A stretch of DNA of 64,000 nt from Escherichia phage VTCCBPA_322: the sequence record PP989839.1. The stretch is one strand, 5' to 3'. This document shows, one piece after another, positions 1 through 9,374 of the stretch. The notes beneath the pieces were generated by a model. The model made no database searches. It had not been told where the DNA came from and saw only the letters and a program-made list of their open reading frames with translations. The position numbers were made by a program, and so were the translations under genes. The stretch's first letter is position 1; every line of letters starts with the position of its first letter.

Positions 1-30
1 CCGTTACGTGTAGAGAATATAAGTCCCGCT

Positions 31-672
31 ATGACTGACTATGGGAGCATTGGTAACTGGTCTGCTATAAACTATTTAGGGATGGATTTCTATCGGGAAA
101 TCTTTGTTAACCCTACTACCGGTAATGACGAGAACTCCGGATTTGTTTCTGGTAGGGCTGTAGCATCTCTGGAGCGAGCTATAGAAATCATTAATATCAT
201 TCAACAACGTGGCAGTTTCCGGGGCAACTTCGTTATTAACGTAAGTGGAAGTATTGCTTTAACCAGGGTGGTTAGGGCATACAAAGATTTTCGTATAAAT
301 GCTGCGGGTTCTGTTATTACTTCTAGCAGTACCGGACATATAGAAATGAGTGGTATTGATGTAATCCTGGCATCTGGCACGTTTAGTGGTACTGCTGCTC
401 TATTACGCCATGTAGCAGACAACAATAGGGTTTATTTGATAGGTTCCGCTGTTGTAAACACCCCGGCTATAGTTACGGCATCCATAGGTTTGGGCACACT
501 ACATATTAACCAAACAGCTGGTACTAATACGTCTGAAATATCTAAGTATGTAGATGGTGCTGGAGTTGTAATGGTTACTCTTTTAGTAAGAGCAGCTAAT
601 AGAAATACTGCTATTGATTCTGTTCCTGTATCTGCAAATCAGTATGCTGGTATATCAAGTATTACATCTTAA
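31..672 (+). CDS. hypothetical tail-associated protein
   Basis: ATG at 31; 213-aa ORF directly upstream of the tailspike gene; followed by TTCG-tetraloop hairpin 681-698; no recognisable catalytic motif. Confidence 0.5.
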   Translation: MTDYGSIGNWSAINYLGMDFYREIFVNPTTGNDENSGFVSGRAVASLERAIEIINIIQQRGSFRGNFVINVSGSIALTRVVRAYKDFRINAAGSVITSSSTGHIEMSGIDVILASGTFSGTAALLRHVADNNRVYLIGSAVVNTPAIVTASIGLGTLHINQTAGTNTSEISKYVDGAGVVMVTLLVRAANRNTAIDSVPVSANQYAGISSITS

Positions 673-678
673 ACAGTA

Positions 679-703
679 ACACCCCTCTTCGGAGGGGTTT
701 CCT
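679..703 (+). terminator. hairpin (ACCCCTC-TTCG-GAGGGGT) with short T-run; weak intrinsic terminator or attenuator
   Basis: 7-bp GC-rich stem, TTCG loop, followed by TTTCC. Confidence 0.4.
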
Positions 704-723
704 AGAAAAACGAAGAGGTTATT

Positions 724-3021
724 ATGAACGAAATGTTCTCGCAAGGTGGCAAAGGCTCCACTGGTATTCTTACCAATAAGCAAGCTATTGCCCGTCATTT
801 TGGTATTAAGCAATCCGAGGTTCTTTACTTCTCTGTTGGTGCTGTATTAGATGGTTATAAAGTCATTTATGACAAGTCCACTCAAAGGAGTTATTCCTTA
901 CCTGCTGGTATTCCATCTGGCACTACTGCTATTAGTCTAAGCACTGCTGCTGTACTTGTACACTCAGCAGGCAGTGAGGACTTAGGTACTTTGGCTGCTA
1001 CTCGTAAGGAATTTATAACTAAGCAGGAGAACTTTAATACAGGCTTTACTATTAGTACCCATAATGAGCAAGTAGTTACTCCTGGTGGGGTTTACTACTG
1101 GGCAGGGTCTTTACCTAAAGTTGTACCTCCTGGTTCCTCTATTGAGGAAACTGGTGGGGTGAATGCTACTGCATGGGTTAATTCATACTCCAATGCTGTC
1201 TTATGTATTAAGGATTTGCTGACACATCCACAGGGTGGCACAGTTAGTGTGGTTGGTTACATTTCTGGTACGGACTTTGGTGGTGGTGATTTTTACTGGG
1301 ATGCTACTCGTCCACGTAGTAAACATAATGGTATTACAGTATTCAGTCCTACTGTTCCATTTAGTGGTTTATATACGGATATACCGAATTTCCATGCTAA
1401 GGTTGGAGAGACTGCACCTGATGCCAATGGTTGTTGGGTGCGTAAGGACTGTGGTCGTAAAGTTCTAATGTCATGGGGTGGTGTAGATATTTCAGGCACT
1501 CAGCCAATGGATGCCGTAGTAACAAGTATGTGTACTTATGTGCATAATACTCGTCAGATTTTGGATGCTGATGAGAATGCTGTACTTAAGGCAGGGTTTA
1601 CTACCGGTACTCAGACCAAAGATAAGCACAATGTGTTTACCCAAGCTTCTGTAATCTTAGAGGGTAAGTATGTCACCATTCGTGGTAATGGGGCTAAGAT
1701 TGATACATATCACCCTGTCCACAGAGAACGTTCTGTATTTGTTCTTCGTAATGGTGGGTATAACATTTCTGGTTTTAAATGGAATGATGGGTACACTGAC
1801 TTTAGTACTTCCCCTACGGATACCCAGCACAAACAAGGTGAATGGTGGATGGGTATTGTTGCAGATGGTGCAGTTACTTTAGTAGCTGACCACCATGAAG
1901 TAACTGCTTCTCAGGTATTTGTACGAGCAGATGCATTTAATGCTACGGACTGGAATGAAAGAGTAACTGTACGGTATAGTAAGTTTGACTACATTACTAA
2001 CTACTGTTTCCTTAGTCGTAAGCTGAAACATTATGAGTTCAGCTACAATGAGGTTAAACACAATGGCCGTGAGTGGCATACTTATGGGGAAGCATGTGCT
2101 CCAACCACATACACCACACATACTATTATACGTAGTAATAACTTCTTCAATCAGATCGCAGAACAATCCTGTATTACTCCTGGGTCATACCATAAGTCCT
2201 GTCTGATTGTTAATAACCATTGTGAACGCTATCGAGGCATTTTCGTTGAGATTGGTTCTTCCAGTAATATCAGCATTCTGAATAACTACTCTTATTCCAG
2301 TGGTGAAAGGGATAGTTCTCATATCCTACTTGTATCTGGTGGGGTAGATGACGAACCAGAGGGTGGTTTGAATAACTTGTTGATTAACGGTAATGTGTTT
2401 GAGAGTGGACCGTATACGCTGCGGGAGTACAACACTGGTACTCCAGTTCGCAGAGGCATTACATTCTCTAATAACCACATTATTGATTGCCCTATGCCTA
2501 ATATGGGTAATGCTGCTTACCACTCAATGGCATTTACCAATAACTACTGCCAGCCACCAGCAGACTTCCCGTATCTGGTATGGGCAGGTAAGAATCCAAT
2601 TATTGAAGGCAATACTTTTGTTGGTGGGGTTATTCGTGCTAGAGATCTGGGTTATACCATTACTAACCCAATCATTCGTAATAACGTATTCCGTGATGGT
2701 AGTACTGTTCAGACATTCCCTGCATTAATTGATATGACTGACTTTACCCGTTTAGTTGCTGAGGGTAACGATGTAACTAATGCTACCTTTACTCGTGTAA
2801 TTGTTGATCCAGCCAACTGTACTTCGGTCGGGTTTAAACGTATTGGGCAGGCAGAGGGTTTTGAATCTAACCCAGCTACCTTGTATGGTGCTAAACTTAC
2901 GGATGTAATTAATGGTGATATTGTGATGAACAATAACCCAGGTAATGCTGAAGGTGGTTACGCATGGGTATGCGTAAATTCTGGTTCTAAACAATTTGGT
3001 AAAATTGTCGTAGCTGTGTAA
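724..3021 (+). CDS. tailspike / tail fiber with right-handed beta-helix (pectate-lyase-like) domain, putative depolymerase
   Basis: ATG with GAAGAGG RBS; 765 aa; Asn-rich rung segments (NNHCERYRGIFVEIG, NNLLINGNVFESG, FSNNHIIDCP, IRNNVFRDG) typical of parallel beta-helix tailspikes; strong terminator downstream. Confidence 0.65.
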   Translation: MNEMFSQGGKGSTGILTNKQAIARHFGIKQSEVLYFSVGAVLDGYKVIYDKSTQRSYSLPAGIPSGTTAISLSTAAVLVHSAGSEDLGTLAATRKEFITKQENFNTGFTISTHNEQVVTPGGVYYWAGSLPKVVPPGSSIEETGGVNATAWVNSYSNAVLCIKDLLTHPQGGTVSVVGYISGTDFGGGDFYWDATRPRSKHNGITVFSPTVPFSGLYTDIPNFHAKVGETAPDANGCWVRKDCGRKVLMSWGGVDISGTQPMDAVVTSMCTYVHNTRQILDADENAVLKAGFTTGTQTKDKHNVFTQASVILEGKYVTIRGNGAKIDTYHPVHRERSVFVLRNGGYNISGFKWNDGYTDFSTSPTDTQHKQGEWWMGIVADGAVTLVADHHEVTASQVFVRADAFNATDWNERVTVRYSKFDYITNYCFLSRKLKHYEFSYNEVKHNGREWHTYGEACAPTTYTTHTIIRSNNFFNQIAEQSCITPGSYHKSCLIVNNHCERYRGIFVEIGSSSNISILNNYSYSSGERDSSHILLVSGGVDDEPEGGLNNLLINGNVFESGPYTLREYNTGTPVRRGITFSNNHIIDCPMPNMGNAAYHSMAFTNNYCQPPADFPYLVWAGKNPIIEGNTFVGGVIRARDLGYTITNPIIRNNVFRDGSTVQTFPALIDMTDFTRLVAEGNDVTNATFTRVIVDPANCTSVGFKRIGQAEGFESNPATLYGAKLTDVINGDIVMNNNPGNAEGGYAWVCVNSGSKQFGKIVVAV

Positions 3022-3024
3022 ACG

Positions 3025-3050
3025 AAAGCCCCCAATTAAGGGGGCTTTTC
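3025..3050. terminator. intrinsic terminator shared by tailspike gene (+) and opposite-strand ORF (-)
   Basis: AAAGCCCCC-AATTAAG-GGGGGCTTT stem-loop followed by TTTTCC on plus strand; A-run gives U-run on minus strand. Confidence 0.7.
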
Positions 3051-3500
3051 CTATATGGAGTTCACTGTTTGCATTACCCTGACTGACACTGATGTTAGGG
3101 TAATTACTTGACCTGAGATATTGAACATACCCAGCTGGATACCATCTACCATAAACGGGTCTGTTGAACCGAGTGTGTAAGTAGCTAATACATTATCTCT
3201 GTTAGCAATGTCCGTACCTTGTACCTTAACACTAGCGTCTGAACCCACTATCGTAGTTCCATTGGTTCGCCTTGTTTGTGTTCTCCATTCCCTAGCTGTA
3301 CCAGCACCTCCTGCAATAGTTCCTGAGATACGTACACTAAACATTACCTGGGTATTTCTGGTTCTAACAGGAAACTTAAGATTACCCTCTTCAATTGTTA
3401 GTGCTGCTGTACCTCCAGGAGTTTTAGTCATGCCTGGTAAAGCAAAGTAATTGAACCAGGACTGGTCATTTACTGCCTGGTTCCCTGTCCACGTATACAA
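3051..3500 (-). CDS. hypothetical protein encoded opposite to the late module
   Basis: 450-nt stop-free frame (chance unlikely); TTG at 3500 or ATG at 3431 as start, neither with a strong RBS; Gly/Thr-rich product. Confidence 0.35.
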   Translation of the reverse strand: MYTWTGNQAVNDQSWFNYFALPGMTKTPGGTAALTIEEGNLKFPVRTRNTQVMFSVRISGTIAGGAGTAREWRTQTRRTNGTTIVGSDASVKVQGTDIANRDNVLATYTLGSTDPFMVDGIQLGMFNISGQVITLTSVSVRVMQTVNSI

Positions 3501-3520
3501 GTCCAGAAGGAAAGTATCTT

Positions 3521-3676
3521 CTAACTCGGTTGGGGGAAAGGTAGCAGTTCTGGTGGGATCTCTGAGATGTTATTAGCAGAAACTATTCGTTCCCCATAAC
3601 TTCCCACGACCAACAATCCTCCCTTCATTTTGCATACAACATCCTTACCACTTTGGAAAATATCTTTAATAGACAT
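3521..3676 (-). CDS. small hypothetical protein (51 aa)
   Basis: ATG at 3676 preceded by GCGAGGT RBS at 6-nt spacing; directly upstream of ORF 3051-3500 in a different frame. Confidence 0.35.
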   Translation of the reverse strand: MSIKDIFQSGKDVVCKMKGGLLVVGSYGERIVSANNISEIPPELLPFPQPS

Positions 3677-3800
3677 AGTTACCTCGCAGTCGATACCAGA
3701 CACTATGTCTGGATGTATTCCATCATACTAAGTATTATCTAAGAGTCATCTTATGATACGACCCTATTGGGGTTCCTAACTTTACAACTACGGTAATATT

Positions 3801-4130
3801 ATGAATGAATCGGGTGAACTGCTTCTAGTCAGACTGGAGGAACGATTGAAGACTCTGTTTGAGAACCAGACAAGGGACAGGCAGGACCGTGAGAAACTGG
3901 AGGAAACTCTGGGAGAACTACGGGATTCAATCAATGACATAGGCAATAGACTAAAGAATGTGGAGGATAGCTTAGCTAAGAATGAACCTACTATTGAAGA
4001 GTTCATCACCATTAAGCATAAGGTCGTTGGTGCCGGAATTTTTGGTAAGTGGGTATGGGCTGGGGCAGGTGCAATTATCGGGGTACTGGCTGCTGCAAGA
4101 CGGGAGATATTCGCATGGTTCGCAGGCTAA
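3801..4130 (+). CDS. membrane-anchored coiled-coil protein, possibly lysis-associated
   Basis: ATG at 3801; charged coiled-coil N-terminus and C-terminal Gly/Ala-rich hydrophobic segment (VVGAGIFGKWVWAGAGAIIGVLAAA); first gene of lysis cluster. Confidence 0.45.
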   Translation: MNESGELLLVRLEERLKTLFENQTRDRQDREKLEETLGELRDSINDIGNRLKNVEDSLAKNEPTIEEFITIKHKVVGAGIFGKWVWAGAGAIIGVLAAARREIFAWFAG

Positions 4131-4375
4131 AAAGAAAAGTAGAGTTAGTACCTAACTGGAAAAGATGCTGGAAGTGGGCATCAGTTCAAATTAGTACGTT
4201 TGGTTTAATTCTATTCTCTGCTGTAGATATCATCCAACCAATGATGACAGGATTACCTCGCCACATCCTGGATGATATTCCTCATGGTTCCAATATTGCA
4301 ATCGCACTGTTTGCCTTAAACATCATAGGTAGATTAATACGATTCCGTCCAAAGGAAAATTCTCATGAAAGCTAA
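4115..4375 (+). CDS. putative holin (two transmembrane segments)
   Basis: ATG at 4115 with GGGAGA RBS (ORF track used GTG at 4049); basic N-terminus, two hydrophobic helices, charged C-terminus; immediately upstream of endolysin. Confidence 0.5.
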   Translation: MVRRLKRKVELVPNWKRCWKWASVQISTFGLILFSAVDIIQPMMTGLPRHILDDIPHGSNIAIALFALNIIGRLIRFRPKENSHES

Positions 4376-5000
4376 ACAGAAACTTGCTGCGAAAGGTGGT
4401 GCAGTGGGAGGAGTTGTCGCTGCTATTCTGGGGGCAGTGTTCTATATGGAAGGGGGTTATGTAAACAATCCTCGTGACCCAGGTGGGGAAACTAATCATG
4501 GTATTACCCAATCAGTAGCTAAGTCTCACAAAGAAGTTCTGGCTACTGAGTATGGTTGGGATGGTTCTATGAAGGGTTTATCTAAAGAGATGGCTGCTGA
4601 GATATACATTGATGACTACGTACTTAAGCCTAACTTCGTAGCCTTCGCTGATATATCTCCTGCTGTAACACATAAGCTGGTAGATGCTGGTGTTAATACT
4701 GGTGTGACTCGCCCGGCTAAGTGGTTACAGTTATCCCTTAATGAAATGTCCCGTGATGGCAAAGACTACCCTAAAATACAGGTTGATGGTAAAGTCGGTG
4801 TAAGTACTGTTAATGCATATAAAGCATTACAGAAAAAACGAGGCAAAGTTGCAGCATGTCAAGTAATGATTAAGCTGCTTGATGCTAAACAACTGAACCA
4901 CTATACCTCATTAAACATGCCAGACTTTACGTATGGTTGGGTAGCTAACCGAATTGGCAATGTGCCACTGGAGGCATGTAATGAAGACGCTAATCTCTAA
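4365..5000 (+). CDS. endolysin, glycoside hydrolase family 108 N-acetylmuramidase with PG-binding C-terminal domain (N4 gp61-like)
   Basis: ATG with AGGAAA RBS; N-terminal signature EGGYVNNPRDPGGETNHGIT typical of GH108; preceded by Gly/Ala-rich hydrophobic stretch suggestive of a SAR anchor. Confidence 0.8.
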   Translation: MKAKQKLAAKGGAVGGVVAAILGAVFYMEGGYVNNPRDPGGETNHGITQSVAKSHKEVLATEYGWDGSMKGLSKEMAAEIYIDDYVLKPNFVAFADISPAVTHKLVDAGVNTGVTRPAKWLQLSLNEMSRDGKDYPKIQVDGKVGVSTVNAYKALQKKRGKVAACQVMIKLLDAKQLNHYTSLNMPDFTYGWVANRIGNVPLEACNEDANL

Positions 5001-5487
5001 AGGTTGGCCTTATCTTCTGGTGGTGGTCCTTGGGGCCACCATTTACTTTTGGGGCAATTCCAATGGACAGTCTACTGTTCAAAAGAAATGGGATGCCCAA
5101 AAGGTTGAAGACCAAAAGGCAACACAAAAATTACAGGACAAATACAATGCTCTCCAAAGAAACCATAGTTATGAAGTCGGGTTACTCACTTCCCGGTTGC
5201 AGACGGCTGAGAGTAATTACGCAAGCGAGCTTGCTCGCGTTAGCAGTGATTACGACAGCCGGATGCAACAGTCTGAAAGGCGAGCATCGGTATATAAACG
5301 TCAAGCCGAAGCCGGAACCCTTGAGTGCAGAAGTCTTGCAAGCCATGCAGCCAGACTCGACAATAGTCTTGAAGAAGGCAGACGTTTGGTTGAAGAACTC
5401 CGGGCAACTGTTAGACTCCGTGACAACCAACTAATTGAGTTGGGTAAACAAATTCAGGCTGACCGTAAACTTTTTGAACAGGAATAA
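4981..5487 (+). CDS. i-spanin (Rz-like)
   Basis: ATG at 4981 overlapping endolysin stop; N-terminal TM ([16 protein letters not shown]) then long charged coiled-coil periplasmic domain; contains embedded lipoprotein ORF. Confidence 0.65.
   Translation: MKTLISKGWPYLLVVVLGATIYFWGNSNGQSTVQKKWDAQKVEDQKATQKLQDKYNALQRNHSYEVGLLTSRLQTAESNYASELARVSSDYDSRMQQSERRASVYKRQAEAGTLECRSLASHAARLDNSLEEGRRLVEELRATVRLRDNQLIELGKQIQADRKLFEQE
5171..5434 (+). CDS. o-spanin (Rz1-like outer-membrane lipoprotein) embedded in +1 frame of i-spanin gene
   Basis: ATG at 5171; signal peptide with lipobox-like ITTAGC; mature part short and Pro-rich (KPKPEPL); fully nested in 4981-5487. Confidence 0.6.
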   Translation: MKSGYSLPGCRRLRVITQASLLALAVITTAGCNSLKGEHRYINVKPKPEPLSAEVLQAMQPDSTIVLKKADVWLKNSGQLLDSVTTN

Positions 5488-5489
5488 CT

Positions 5490-7760
5490 ATGGAACACCA
5501 AGACACTTTTAAGCCTTTACCAGACCCGGCTCAATCAGAGAAGTTAACGGACTGGAAGAAGGAACCAAGTATCCAATTACTGAAAGGTGATCTGGAATCT
5601 GCTAAACCTGCTCACGATGCAATCATGGCACAAATTCGTGAGTGGAATGACTTAATGGAAGTCAAGGGTAAGGCTAAACCCCCAAAGGTAAAAGGGCGTT
5701 CACAGGTCCAACCTAGACTGGTTCGCCGTCAGGCAGAGTGGCGTTATGCTCCATTGTCTGAACCATTCCTTTCTTCTAATAAACTCTTTAAAGTAACCCC
5801 AGTTACTTTTGAAGATGAGTTAGCTGCTCGTCAGAATGAACTAGTTCTTAACTACCAATTCCGTACTCAGCTTAATAAAGTAAAATTGGTAGATGATTAT
5901 GTGCATAGTGTCGTAGATGACGGTACTGGTATTGCTCGTATCGGTTGGGAACGTAAGACTGTTAAGATTAAGACAGAAACCCCAGTCTTCCAGTTGTATC
6001 CAATTGAGAACCAGGAACAAGCAGATGTTCTTCAACAGGCTTTGCAGCTTCAGGCAGAGAATCCCCGTGAGTATGACGAAACAATGCCGGAAGATATCAA
6101 GGAAGCTGTTAACTACTTCAACGAAACTGGAGAAGCTACTTATGCAATCCAGACTGGAGTTACTGAAGTAGAGGTAGAGAAAGCACTGGTTAACAGACCT
6201 ACTGTTGAAATGCTTAATCCAAATAACGTAGTTATCGACCCAAGCTGTAATGGTGACTTAGATAAGGCTCTTTATGCAGTTATCTCCTTTGAGACTTGCA
6301 AAGCAGACCTTATGAAAAACAAAGACCGTTATCACAACCTGGATAAAATTGACTGGGAAAGTTCCAGCCCCATTACTGACCCAGACCATGAAAGTAAAAC
6401 CCCTAGCGATTTCCAGTTTAAGGATGCACTTCGTAAGAAGGTAGTTGCTTATGAGTACTGGGGATTCTACGACATCAATGATGATGGTTCATTGGAACCA
6501 ATTGTTGCTACATGGATTGGCTCTACTCTTATTCGTATGGAGAAGAACCCATTCCCTGATGGCAAGTTACCATTGGTAGTTGTTCCTTACATGCCACGTA
6601 AACGTGAACTCTATGGTGAAGCTGATGCTGAATTGTTAGGCGACAACCAGGCAATTCTTGGTGCAACTATACGTGGGATGATTGACCTGTTGGGTCGAAG
6701 TGCAAATGGTCAACGTGGTTATCCTAAAGGGATGTTAGATACCCTGAACCGTCGTCGATATGATGATGGGCAAGACTATGAATATAACCCAATGCAAGGT
6801 AATCCCAGTCAGTCCATTATGGAACATAAGTTCCCTGAGTTGCCTCAGTCTGCAATAGTAATGACTCAGATGCAAAACCAGGAAGCAGAAGCATTAACAG
6901 GTGTTAAGGCATTTTCTGGTGGTGTAACTGGTTCAGCTTACGGTGATGTTGCTGCCGGTATTCGTGGTGCACTCGATGCAGCATCCAAACGTGAGATGGC
7001 AATCCTACGTCGATTAGCTAAAGGCATGGCAGACATTGGTACTAAGATTTGTGCAATGAATGCTGTGTTCTTATCTGAGAAAGAAGTAGTACGTATTACT
7101 AATGAACAGTACGTGGAAATTAACCGTGAAGACCTTAAAGGTAACTTCGACATTGAGGTTGATATTAATACTGCTGAAATTGATAACCAGAAATCCCAGG
7201 ACTTGAGCTTCATGGTTCAAACATTAGGTAATACAGTTGACCAGACTATTACGTTATCTCTTGTAGCAAAAATTGCAGAACTTAAACGTATGCCTGACCT
7301 TGCACATGAGTTACGTACCTGGCAACCACAACCAGACCCTATGGAAGAACAGCTTAAGCAATTGGCAATTCAGAAAGCACAGCTTGAGAATGAAGAGTTG
7401 CAAAGTAAAATTGCACTCAATATGGCTAAGGCTAAAGAGGCTGCTTCTAGCGGTGACCTTAAAGACCTGGATTATCTGGAGCAGGAATCTGGTACTAAAC
7501 ATGCTCGTGATATGGAGAAACAAAAAGCACAATCCCAAGGAAACCAGAACCTTCAGATAACTAAGGCGTTGACAACACCTACTAAAGAAGGTGAAACTAC
7601 CCCCAACATATCTGCTGCTGTTGGATATAACGCTTTGACTAACGGGAACTCTATACCAGAACGTGACTTAGCTGCACAACAAGACCCAGCTTATTCACTT
7701 AGTTCCCAATTTTATGACCCTAGCCAAGACCCAGCATCGGCTCTTGGCATGAACTTGTAA
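5490..7760 (+). CDS. portal protein (N4 gp59-like)
   Basis: 756 aa; position between lysis cassette and scaffold/capsid genes; size matches N4-type portal; assignment by synteny. Confidence 0.6.
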   Translation: MEHQDTFKPLPDPAQSEKLTDWKKEPSIQLLKGDLESAKPAHDAIMAQIREWNDLMEVKGKAKPPKVKGRSQVQPRLVRRQAEWRYAPLSEPFLSSNKLFKVTPVTFEDELAARQNELVLNYQFRTQLNKVKLVDDYVHSVVDDGTGIARIGWERKTVKIKTETPVFQLYPIENQEQADVLQQALQLQAENPREYDETMPEDIKEAVNYFNETGEATYAIQTGVTEVEVEKALVNRPTVEMLNPNNVVIDPSCNGDLDKALYAVISFETCKADLMKNKDRYHNLDKIDWESSSPITDPDHESKTPSDFQFKDALRKKVVAYEYWGFYDINDDGSLEPIVATWIGSTLIRMEKNPFPDGKLPLVVVPYMPRKRELYGEADAELLGDNQAILGATIRGMIDLLGRSANGQRGYPKGMLDTLNRRRYDDGQDYEYNPMQGNPSQSIMEHKFPELPQSAIVMTQMQNQEAEALTGVKAFSGGVTGSAYGDVAAGIRGALDAASKREMAILRRLAKGMADIGTKICAMNAVFLSEKEVVRITNEQYVEINREDLKGNFDIEVDINTAEIDNQKSQDLSFMVQTLGNTVDQTITLSLVAKIAELKRMPDLAHELRTWQPQPDPMEEQLKQLAIQKAQLENEELQSKIALNMAKAKEAASSGDLKDLDYLEQESGTKHARDMEKQKAQSQGNQNLQITKALTTPTKEGETTPNISAAVGYNALTNGNSIPERDLAAQQDPAYSLSSQFYDPSQDPASALGMNL

Positions 7761-7773
7761 GGCAGACCTTCAC

Positions 7774-8118
7774 ATGAGTAAAGAATCAACAATCGCTGGA
7801 CTGGAACATCGACTGGAAGCTGCTAAAGGTGCAGTTGCACATGCAGAAGATGTACGTAAACTTCTGGAGAATCCACTGTTCCGTAAAGTAATTCTTCGCC
7901 AGTTCTGTGTGGAAGATTGTGCACGTTACGTGCAGGAGTCTGGTGACCCACTGCTTGAACCTAATAACCGTGCAGATGCACTGAATATGGCTCAAGCTGC
8001 TGGTCACTTACGTCGTTGGCTCGACCTCGCCATTCGTATGGGCGAAAACGAAGCTGATGTTATTCTTCAGGTAGAAGAAGAACTCGATGCAGTTCGTGCT
8101 GAACCTGAAGACGAATAA
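7774..8118 (+). CDS. hypothetical head-module protein
   Basis: ATG at 7774; 114 aa acidic protein between portal and scaffold-like genes. Confidence 0.5.
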   Translation: MSKESTIAGLEHRLEAAKGAVAHAEDVRKLLENPLFRKVILRQFCVEDCARYVQESGDPLLEPNNRADALNMAQAAGHLRRWLDLAIRMGENEADVILQVEEELDAVRAEPEDE

Positions 8119-8137
8119 TTAACCGGAGATATTTCCT

Positions 8138-9358
8138 ATGACTACGGAAGCTGCAACCACAGCTTCCGACATTCTCGCAATGTCGGATGATGAGATTCTG
8201 AATATGGAAGCCCCAGCAGTTATTGCTGAGGAAGATACTTCCACTCAGAACAACCCTGAAACCAACGGCGTACAGACTCCTGATGAAGAAGTTGATCCCT
8301 CTGCTGTTGAAGACCTACCAACCGAAGAAACCTCCCCTGAAACCGAACCAGTTGAAGAAGATGCAGCAAATTCTTTAACTTCTGATAAAGTTGATGATAA
8401 AGTTGTTGACACAGAAGTTGATAGTAACGGTAAGCCGATTACTAAAGCTGAACCTTCTACTACTGAACCAGGCCAGGAACAGAAAGAAGAAGGCAAACAG
8501 TCTGAAGGTCTGCCTGCTGACTTCAACTATAAGGAAGGTTACGAGAAGTTGATGGCTCCTTTTAAAGCTAACGGCAAAATGATTACTCCCCGTTCACCGG
8601 AGGAGGCCATTAGCCTGATGCAGATGGGTGCTAACTATACTCGCAAGATGCAAGAACTTCAGCCGTACCGTAAGGTAATGCTGATGCTACAGAACAACGG
8701 TTTAATGGATGAGGAAAAACTTTCTTTCCTGATTGACCTGGATAAGAAGAATCCTGAAGCCATTAAGAAGTTGCTCAAAGACTCTGGTACAGACCCTCTG
8801 GACTTTAATCCAGATGAGGAAATTAACTACCAGGGTGGCAATTACCGTGTTACCGACACCGAAGCAGATTTTGCAACCGAAATTGACGACTTAAAGTCTA
8901 CTCAAGAAGGACAAGCTACATTAGGTGTTATTGGCTCGACATGGGATGCTGCCAGTAAAGATGCTCTTTATCAGAATCGTGGCTTACTCCACACTATTCA
9001 CGAACAACGTGAGAATGGTATTTATGACACCATTGCTAACGAAGTGAATCGTCTTCAGATGTTAGGCCAGATTCCGGTAGGTACTCCGTTTATTCAGGCT
9101 TATAACTACGTTGGTAATCTCCTTGCACAACAGGGAGCATTTAACCAAGTAGCTAAGCCTGAACCGGTACAAGCAGTTAAACCAGCGGTTCAGCCGGTAG
9201 TGCGTGTAGCACAGCCTAAGCAGACTCTGGCTAACAGTGAGCAAGCTAAAGCAGCTTCCCTTAATCGGGCTGCTACACGCAAAGCAACACCTATTGTAAA
9301 CCCACTCGCCATGAGTGATGAAGATTTCGCTAAACTCCCAGTACCGGGTAGTCTTTAA
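8138..9358 (+). CDS. scaffolding-like protein
   Basis: ATG with GGAGA RBS; 406 aa, very acidic Glu/Asp/Thr/Pro-rich N-terminal half; immediately upstream of major capsid gene. Confidence 0.45.
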   Translation: MTTEAATTASDILAMSDDEILNMEAPAVIAEEDTSTQNNPETNGVQTPDEEVDPSAVEDLPTEETSPETEPVEEDAANSLTSDKVDDKVVDTEVDSNGKPITKAEPSTTEPGQEQKEEGKQSEGLPADFNYKEGYEKLMAPFKANGKMITPRSPEEAISLMQMGANYTRKMQELQPYRKVMLMLQNNGLMDEEKLSFLIDLDKKNPEAIKKLLKDSGTDPLDFNPDEEINYQGGNYRVTDTEADFATEIDDLKSTQEGQATLGVIGSTWDAASKDALYQNRGLLHTIHEQRENGIYDTIANEVNRLQMLGQIPVGTPFIQAYNYVGNLLAQQGAFNQVAKPEPVQAVKPAVQPVVRVAQPKQTLANSEQAKAASLNRAATRKATPIVNPLAMSDEDFAKLPVPGSL

Positions 9359-9374
9359 ACAGGAATAATACGAT

